Assembly (NCBI GenBank): GCA_963725665.1
Contig: CAVRZA010000010.1
Coordinates: forward strand, 1-10,400
Direction of reading: 5' to 3'
DNA from: an uncultured Actinomycetes bacterium
GTDB taxonomy: Bacteria > Actinomycetota > Thermoleophilia > UBA2241
Length of the DNA: 10,400 bases
Shown here: positions 1 through 6,351 of the stretch, piece by piece
How positions within the stretch are numbered: the first letter of the stretch is position 1
How the letters are laid out: each line of letters opens with the position of its first letter
Program-made: the position numbers and the translations under genes
The notes under the pieces: model-generated
Seen by the model: the letters and a program-made list of their open reading frames with translations, nothing else
Told to the model about the DNA's origin: nothing
Database searches by the model: none

Positions 1-633
1 GAGGGCAGCCGATCGCGGCCGTGTACGCCTCCACCGAATGCGAGAGCGCGTCCATCCCTGTCGACGCGGTGAGCTGAGGTGGAAGGCTGAGCGTCAGCTC
101 GGGGTCCAGCAGCGCGACTCGCGCCGCGATCAGGGGACTGGCCACACTCATCTTGTAGTGGCGAGCGGTGTCGGTGATGACGGCCCAGAAACTGACCTCG
201 CTTCCCGTCCCTGAAGTCGTCGGAATGGTGATGAGAGGCGTGATCGGTTTAGTGACGACGGACCAACCTTCCCAATCGGTCATCCTGCCGCCGTCAGTCT
301 GCGGATACGCCGGCGCCTTTGGCGGTGTCCATGCCGCTGCAGGGCCCCGCGCCACGATGCAGGTCGACCTTCTCGGCTCGGCCACGTTCCTGCTCGTAGA
401 ACATCTGCTGTGTCGCAGATCGGGGCGACACCGTCGAACACGATGGTCTCGATGCCAACATGTGCAAGGCTCGCCAGATGGGATCGATGGTGCCCGCGGC
501 TCGCACACCAATGGGCAGTCAGCAATCGTGGCCCAAGATGCCAGCCGGGCTAAGCCCTGACACCGGCGCGCTTGGGAGACGCCGTTTCCGAAACTCGATC
601 CTTGGTCGGGAGCTGGTAGCTGTAGGTCTTCAC
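1..633 (-). CDS. Iron-containing alcohol dehydrogenase (DhaT/PduQ-like Fe-ADH family); runs off the left edge; 5' half broken by several indels
   Basis: Not in the ORF track as one ORF. Manual minus-strand translation of about 283..1 gives MTDWEGWSVVTKPITPLITIPTTSGTGSEVSFWAVITDTARHYKMSVASPLIAARVALLDPELTLSLPPQLTASTGMDALSHSVEAYTAA, with the Fe-ADH motifs IPTTxGTGSE, DPELT and GMDALxHxxEAY. Upstream pieces lie in shifting frames: GTG at 633 after GGGGGAGAGA gives MKTYSYQLPT, then IEF, GNG, later GIETIVFDGVAP, then EKVDL, IVA and SGMDTAKG. Confidence 0.9.
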
Positions 634-681
634 TCTCTCCCCCTCGCCCTAGCGTCGGACTCGAGTACAAAGTGTCCAACT

Positions 682-2409
682 TCAAGTCTCGCGTTGCTGT
701 GGAGCGAAACGTCCGTTGTAACCGCACAATAGGCGAGTCGCGTCTGCGCGGTGTCATTAGGCAAGCTGGTGCTCAAGCCAGCGCCTCGATCGATCACAAT
801 GCCGATCGTCAATCCAAAAATGGGCGCCACCCAACTCCCCACGCGCAGAGACAGCTCCCAGACACCCCGGCCAGCGCCATGTCCACCATGGCGAAGAGTT
901 CCAGCATGCGAAGCGGGTGAACATTGAAGAGCAGCGAGGAATTCACCACGCGGCGAGCCCGGCGATGGTTCCGAGGCGTGGCAGTTGCCCGACTGCGTGG
1001 GTGAGGTCAGCCTCGTTGCGAAAGACCTGCACGAAGGCGTCCATGACGCCCGTGATCCTGGCGCGCAGCTCGCCGACGATCTCCGTTGACACTCGTGAGA
1101 CGAGATTGGAAACGAGACGTTCGCAGTCCCGCGCCGCCGCCGAAACGAGTGCGGCTGCATCGGGTCCGGGGGCGCTCTGCCCCACGAAAGCGGCCGCCGC
1201 CAGACCGGCGCGGCGGCCGAACACTAGGGTCTCGAGAAGCGAGTTGCCGCCAAGGCGATTGGCGCCGTGCACGGAGACGCAGGCGCACTCGCCGGCAGCG
1301 TACAACCCCGTCAGTGGCGTGGCGCCGTCCGTGTCCGTGTCGATGCCGCCCATCGAATAGTGCTGTCCTGGCTGGACCCGGATCGGCGCAGTAACCGGGT
1401 CGACGCCGGCGAAATGGATGCACAGATCGCGGATGCCGGGCAGACGCTCGGCGATGAGCCCCCGGCCCAGGTGGCGCAGGTCCAGGTACACGAACGCTTC
1501 GCCATCGATTCCGCGACCCTCATCGATCTCGGTCTGGATCGAACGCGCGACTACATCGCGGGGGGCCAACTCCATGAAACTCGGCGCGTAGCGCGCCATG
1601 AAACGCTCGCCATCGCGGTTCAGCAGGTAGCCTCCTTCGCCTCGACAGCCCTCCGACATCAGGATATTGGTGCCGAACAAGGTCGTCGGGTGGAACTGCA
1701 CGAACTCGAGGTCGCGAAGGGGAACCCCGGCGCGGTAGGCGATGCCCATACCCGCGCCGGTGTTGATGAGCGCGCTGGTCGAGCGCCCATAGACGCGCCC
1801 GGCGCCGCCCGTCGCGAGAAGGACGGCCCGCGCCGAGAAACCCTCGATGGTCGCCTGGCGGAGGCTGTAAGCGACGAGCCCGACGCAGACGCCGTCATCC
1901 ACGACGAGCCGCTCGACGAAGTACTCGTCGTACACCCGCAGCCCGGCGGCGACGGCCCTTTCGTAGAGCGTGTGCAGCAGGTAGTGGCCGGTCTTGTCGG
2001 CGGCGTAGCAGGCACGTGCGTACTGGGCCCCGCCCAGGTTCCGCTGGGCTATCGTGCCGTTCTCGTTGCGGCTGAAGGGCGTGCCCCAGTGCTCCATCTC
2101 GTAGACCCGCGCCGGGGCTTCGCTGCAAAGGATCTCGATGGCGTCCTGGTCGCCCAGGTAGTCGGAGCCCTTGACAGTGTCGAATACGTGCGCATCGATA
2201 CTGTCGCCCTCCGCCTCGGGCTGGTTGCGCAGGCAGGCGTTGATGCCGCCCTGGGCGGCACCGGAGTGAGAGCGCAGGGGGTGGACCATCGAGATCAAAG
2301 CGCAGTCGACGCCCTTCGCTGTGGCCTCGAGGGCGGCGCGCAAGCCTGCTAAGCCGCCGCCGACTATCAACAGCTCGTGCCGATGATCTGTGTCAGGCTC
2401 GCGGCTCAC
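682..2409 (-). CDS. sdhA: Succinate dehydrogenase/fumarate reductase flavoprotein subunit; open frame 2409..943, C-terminal ~90 codons continue through indels to about 682
   Basis: Motifs present: GGGLAG dinucleotide fold, [10 protein letters not shown] (covalent-FAD His), [39 protein letters not shown]. Beyond the apparent stop at 943, other frames give [41 protein letters not shown] and RFAPQQRE followed by TGA at 684-682. These match the usual SdhA tail and give about 575 aa in total. Confidence 0.9.
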
Positions 2410-2477
2410 GCTAAAGTAGTATATAGACGAGTCGCGGGGCGTCGAGGACTCACCGGAGCATCAGGGGAAGGGAGTCA
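2410..2477. promoter_or_regulatory. Compact divergent promoter region with overlapping -10-like hexamers
   Basis: AT-rich island CTAAAGTAGTATATAGAC in GC-rich DNA. Minus strand TATACT (2423-2418) lies 8 nt before the sdhA GTG. Plus strand has TANNNT hexamers TAAAGT (2412-2417) and TAGTAT (2417-2422). Purine-rich GGGGAAGGGAG precedes the GTG at 2478. Confidence 0.5.
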
Positions 2478-3851
2478 GTGGCACACAGCGGCGAATCGGG
2501 TGTCACGCGCGTCCTGTCGCCGACGGCGATCCTCGGCTACGGCTTCCCGGTATCGTCGTTCCGCGAGGGCATGCGCCGCCATCCGCATGTGATTGCTGTG
2601 GACGCCGGCTCGACTGACCCCGGCCCCTACTACCTCGGTGCTGGCGAGGCGTTCACCGATCGCGCGGCCGTGAAACGGGACCTTCGGCTGCTGGTCGAAG
2701 CCGCGCGGTCCGCGCGGATCCCGTTGCTTGTGGGGACGGCCGGCGGCAGCGGCGGCAAACCCCATCTGAAGCGCGACCTTGAGCTGCTGCTCGAGGTGGC
2801 TCATGAGCTCGGCGAGCACTTCCGGCTCGCCGTGATCGACGCGGAACTCGACAAGGACCGTGTCACTGAGGCGCTGCGGCTGGGGCTGATCGCCGAGCCC
2901 GGCCCCGTGCCCAAGCTCTCTGAGACGGCAATCGAGGCTTCCGTGCGCATTGTCGCCCAAATGGGTCCCGAGCCGCTGGTCCAGGCACTCGAGGCGGGCG
3001 CCGAGATCGTCCTGGCGGGCCGAGCCTACGACCCCGCCGTCTTCGCCGCCGTGCCGCTCACGAGGGGGTGCTCGCGAGGACCGGCGGTCCACCTCGGCAA
3101 GATCCTCGAGTGCGGCGCCATCGCCGCCACCCCTGGTAGCGGTAGCGACTGCCTGTTCGGCTACCTGGACGGCGAAACGTTCGACGTCGAACCACTCGAT
3201 TCTGACCGTCGCTGCACCGTGACTTCCGTGGCCGCACACACGCTGTACGAGAAATCTGACCCACTTGTGCTCCCTGGTCCCGGCGGCCATCTGGATCTCA
3301 CCCAGACGAGCTTCGAGCAGATGGGTGAGAGCCGGGTTCGAGTCCGTGGAAGCCGCTTCGTACCCAGCGACGACTACTTCGTGAAGCTCGAGGGCGTCGA
3401 GAAGGTGGGCTATCGGACGGTGTCGATTGCCGGCTGCCGCGACCCCTTCATGATCGAGGCGATTGACGATATCGTCACGTCGGTCACTCAGCGCGCGCTC
3501 CACAACTTCGATCTGGACGGCGAGGATTGCGAGCTCAATTTCAAGCTGTACGGCAAGAACGGGGTCATGGGCAGCCTCGAGCCATCCCGCGACCATGTGC
3601 CGCTCGAGCTCGGCATCGTCATCGAGGTCGTTGCACCGACACAGGCGGTGGCCGACACACTGTGCGCCTTCGCCCGCTCGACGATGCTGCACTGCAGCTA
3701 CCCGGGCCGTGTCGCGACGGGCGGCAATCTCGCCTTCCCCTACTCGCCCTCGGACCTGTCGGCGGGGGCGGTCTATCGATTCAGCGTGTATCACCTCATG
3801 CGCGTGCAAGATCCCTGCGAGCTGTTTCCGATCGAATACCTGGAGGTGTGA
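2478..3851 (+). CDS. AtuA-like / DUF1446 family protein (457 aa), function uncharacterised
   Basis: Long ORF with strong GC3 bias and an RBS. Family-typical motifs: LSPTAILGYGFP, DAGSTDPGPYYLG, IVAQMG, GRAYDP, HLGKILECGA, SVAAHTLYEK, YPGRxATGGNLAFPYSPSD. Family assignment is by recognition, not a database search. Confidence 0.8.
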   Translation: MAHSGESGVTRVLSPTAILGYGFPVSSFREGMRRHPHVIAVDAGSTDPGPYYLGAGEAFTDRAAVKRDLRLLVEAARSARIPLLVGTAGGSGGKPHLKRDLELLLEVAHELGEHFRLAVIDAELDKDRVTEALRLGLIAEPGPVPKLSETAIEASVRIVAQMGPEPLVQALEAGAEIVLAGRAYDPAVFAAVPLTRGCSRGPAVHLGKILECGAIAATPGSGSDCLFGYLDGETFDVEPLDSDRRCTVTSVAAHTLYEKSDPLVLPGPGGHLDLTQTSFEQMGESRVRVRGSRFVPSDDYFVKLEGVEKVGYRTVSIAGCRDPFMIEAIDDIVTSVTQRALHNFDLDGEDCELNFKLYGKNGVMGSLEPSRDHVPLELGIVIEVVAPTQAVADTLCAFARSTMLHCSYPGRVATGGNLAFPYSPSDLSAGAVYRFSVYHLMRVQDPCELFPIEYLEV

Positions 3852-4189
3852 TGGGTCCGGTCCCGATTCTCGACCTCGCCCGCGTGATCCGCAGCAAGAA
3901 CAGTGGACCCTACGAGCTCACCTTTGACATCGTATTCAAGGATCGGCGCAGCTTCCGGCTCGCCGTCGCGTCGGGCATCTTCACCCCTGAGCTCTTCGCC
4001 GGCCTCTACGGGATCGCGGCAGATCGGGTACTGAACCTCGTGTTCTTCGAAGAGGCGTGCGCCGTGAAGGCAACGATCGTTCGACCCGTCGTCTCGGGCG
4101 ACCCTGGCGAAACGGACGTCTACGGCGCCCAACAGCATGCGCCGCTCCTGAGCCTCGCGATCCCTGTGGAGCGTGCGCCACGAGGCTGA
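3851..4189 (+). CDS. DUF4387 family protein (112 aa)
   Basis: ATG at 3851 overlaps the upstream TGA (TGATG), with GGAGG at 3842-3846. The protein has LARVIRSKNSGPYELTFD and SGDPGETDVYGAQQHAPLL, typical of DUF4387, the usual partner of this DUF1446 subtype. The track's longer 3527 start is not credible. Confidence 0.8.
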   Translation: MGPVPILDLARVIRSKNSGPYELTFDIVFKDRRSFRLAVASGIFTPELFAGLYGIAADRVLNLVFFEEACAVKATIVRPVVSGDPGETDVYGAQQHAPLLSLAIPVERAPRG

Positions 4190-4224
4190 GCAAGGGGCAG
4201 CGGTCAGTCGTTCGCCGGCACAGG

Positions 4225-5961
4225 TCAGCGCGTGCTCTTCTCCGCTGAGAGAAAGGCGAGGACGAGGCCCAGGGCGACACTGTACCGCGGCCCATAGGTG
4301 CCGCCGACGTTGGCCCTGCCGACCGTGGTGCCCTGGGCCCGCAGCGACTCGCTGACAATGCGCACCGATTCCACGTCCAGGGCGGCGCCGCCGCAGAGCA
4401 GGAGGGTGTCGGGTGTACCCCCGAGCCACTGCAGGCACCTGCCCACGTTGGCGCCGATCACGTGCCGCTTGATGGCAAGGCGCAGCGATCGCCACTCCTC
4501 CGGTGCCAGCCGATTGGAGAAAGGAACGGGCGTCGTGCCCCGCAGGTAGCAGAGGCTACCGAGTGAGTCGGCCGGCAGGCCCTGCTCAACGAAGCTTCTG
4601 TTCCCGTCTTCGTAGTGGACGATGTGTGGGGCCTCGGCGCGGAACGAGCCGAACCTCTTGACGTATTCCGCCATTCTGTTCGGCAGACTCAGCGCCGTCG
4701 CGACCGACACCGTGAGAAGCTCGCCCGCGCCTGCGGCAGTCAGGCGCTGATCTCCCCAGACCACGTCGAGTGTGCCGCCGCCCATGTCGCAGACCGCGGC
4801 GTCCGGAGGGGCTCCGGGCGTCGTCAAGGCCCCGAGGGCCGCCGCCTCAGCTTCTGAGGGCATGATGCGAACCGGGCGGCCGGTCGCCTGCGCGAGCGCC
4901 GCTTCGGGAGGCGACGGGGTGGAGACCGGCAAGACGAGGGCGGAGAACGGGACCTCGTCGAGCTCGATGGATCCCTGTCTCGGGAAGGAATGCTCCCGTA
5001 TGGACGGCAGGTCGACGGCGAACACGTCGCGGACGCGCTCGCCGGCGTCACCAAGCGCGTCATGGAGCGGTGCTCCTCGCGGGATGTGTGCGTTGCGTAC
5101 CGAGCCGGGCCGGATGGAATCGACGTGCTCGGCGAGGCGCCGCGACAGCGGGGCGCGACGCACGTCGGTGTCGCCGTACTCGAGCCACCCGAGGTCGCTG
5201 CTCTCCGCGGCGGGCGCCGAACCGCGGCTGAGGGCCAGCGCGGCAGACCTGGTGTCCGAGAGGCTCAAGGCGAACTCGCTGAGCAGAGCAGCCTGCCCCG
5301 CCGCCAGTCTAAACGCGGCGACGAGCGCGACGGCGTCACTGAGGACCTGCACGCGGCCGCCAGGCTCGGCCACTTCGACGGCGATGAGCTCCCCGGTCCG
5401 GAGACCACCGACTTCCGCCTCGTCGACGATGGGGATCTCCAGCGGGATACGATTCGCGATGAGCACGGCGTCGTCGCCGGCCACGACGGCCGCGACGATC
5501 GGCAGCTCCGCGTTCTGAGCCGCGGCGATCATCGCGGCGGCTTCCTCGAAGTCCGTCTCCGGGGGCACCGATACGACGACCGGGTCGCTGCTTCCCGTGA
5601 GCTCCGCGATCTCGCGCAGGGAAAGGTGAGCTCCCACGGCGAAACCTCGCCCTGCTGGCGTGCCGGCGGACGGGCCATCGAGGCGCCGTAAGGGGGATGC
5701 GCCGCCAGGTGGAGCCGGCAGCGACACCGACAGCGTTATCACGTGGTGGAGCGGCGGCAGGAGCAGGATCTCGGATTGTCTTCCGAGCGCTCGTTCGGCG
5801 CTGAGGACAAGGCGCGCTGCGCCCCTGATCGAGTCGACGCTGCCCTTGTGCCCGGCCGTCAAAGCGCGTCGAGCGGCCAAAGTGGTCACCGCATCCCCCG
5901 CGACCTCGGCCAGCACGACCTCGGTCGTCGTGTTGCCGATGTCGATGCCGGCGACGATCAT
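4225..5961 (-). CDS. ddrA: Diol/glycerol dehydratase reactivase alpha subunit (DdrA/PduG/GdrA family), divergent, 578 aa
   Basis: N-terminal AGIDIGNTTTEV and GHKGS (actin-like ATPase motif), GTPAG, DDAVLIANR, PIVDE, EAEAAALGALTTPG, DMGGGTLD, GAGELLT, GPRYSVALGL. Lies directly downstream of the dehydratase subunits. Confidence 0.9.
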   Translation of the reverse strand: MIVAGIDIGNTTTEVVLAEVAGDAVTTLAARRALTAGHKGSVDSIRGAARLVLSAERALGRQSEILLLPPLHHVITLSVSLPAPPGGASPLRRLDGPSAGTPAGRGFAVGAHLSLREIAELTGSSDPVVVSVPPETDFEEAAAMIAAAQNAELPIVAAVVAGDDAVLIANRIPLEIPIVDEAEVGGLRTGELIAVEVAEPGGRVQVLSDAVALVAAFRLAAGQAALLSEFALSLSDTRSAALALSRGSAPAAESSDLGWLEYGDTDVRRAPLSRRLAEHVDSIRPGSVRNAHIPRGAPLHDALGDAGERVRDVFAVDLPSIREHSFPRQGSIELDEVPFSALVLPVSTPSPPEAALAQATGRPVRIMPSEAEAAALGALTTPGAPPDAAVCDMGGGTLDVVWGDQRLTAAGAGELLTVSVATALSLPNRMAEYVKRFGSFRAEAPHIVHYEDGNRSFVEQGLPADSLGSLCYLRGTTPVPFSNRLAPEEWRSLRLAIKRHVIGANVGRCLQWLGGTPDTLLLCGGAALDVESVRIVSESLRAQGTTVGRANVGGTYGPRYSVALGLVLAFLSAEKSTR

Positions 5962-5985
5962 GGCTGGGAACCGGCCGGCCCTGAC

Positions 5986-6351
5986 TCAGGCGGGCTCTTG
6001 CAGTCCACGCCGCTCGTAGACCGCCGCCGCTTCTCGTACGAGCGCCGCACACCGGGGTGCGTTCGACGCCTCGAGACGAGCCGCGATGGATTCCAGCTCG
6101 GCGAGCGACGAGCGCCCGGGCCGAAGCGCCTCGTAGACGGCGAGGACCTCGTCGTCGCCCAATGGCGCAAGCTCGGCGGCCCGGCGCAGGTTGTCGGCCA
6201 GCTGCAGATTGCCGTGCTGTTCCGCCACGCTCGCCTGCCGGCGCAGGGTGTCGGGGTGGATCCTCAGGTCGGCCGGGGAGAGATCTCCCTGAACGGCCGA
6301 CCGGATGGTGATGTCCGTGAGCGGACGCCCGGACAGGGCGAGGTCGTTCAT
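5986..6351 (-). CDS. pduE: Diol/glycerol dehydratase small (gamma) subunit, 121 aa
   Basis: ATG at 6351 overlaps the upstream TGA (ATGA) with GAGGTGG upstream. Sequence SGRPLTDIT..DLRIHPDTLRRQA..LADNLRRAAEL..DDEVLAVYEALRPGRSS..VREAAAVYERRG matches PduE/DhaB3. Confidence 0.93.
   Translation of the reverse strand: MNDLALSGRPLTDITIRSAVQGDLSPADLRIHPDTLRRQASVAEQHGNLQLADNLRRAAELAPLGDDEVLAVYEALRPGRSSLAELESIAARLEASNAPRCAALVREAAAVYERRGLQEPA

Noticed and set aside
943-945. Apparent SdhA stop, suggesting a natural 488-aa short flavoprotein
   Set aside because: SdhA C-terminal motifs continue in other frames to about 682, so the stop results from an indel.
630-1160. 176-aa minus-strand ORF as a separate gene between sdhA and the ADH
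   Set aside because: It is mostly out-of-frame SdhA sequence, with a few SdhA tail fragments such as RLAYCAV.
1267-2352. 361-aa plus-strand ORF
   Set aside because: Antisense to the well-supported SdhA frame. No motifs.
2475-3809. 444-aa minus-strand ORF
   Set aside because: Antisense shadow of the DUF1446 gene, expected in high-GC DNA. No recognisable motifs.
2478-3851. Calling this protein methylaspartate ammonia-lyase
   Set aside because: It does not resemble the enolase-superfamily lyase. That label seems to be a neighbourhood-derived annotation for this family.
4190-4224. Bidirectional terminator between the convergent DUF4387 and reactivase genes
   Set aside because: No convincing stem-loop or U-tract seen in the 35-bp gap.
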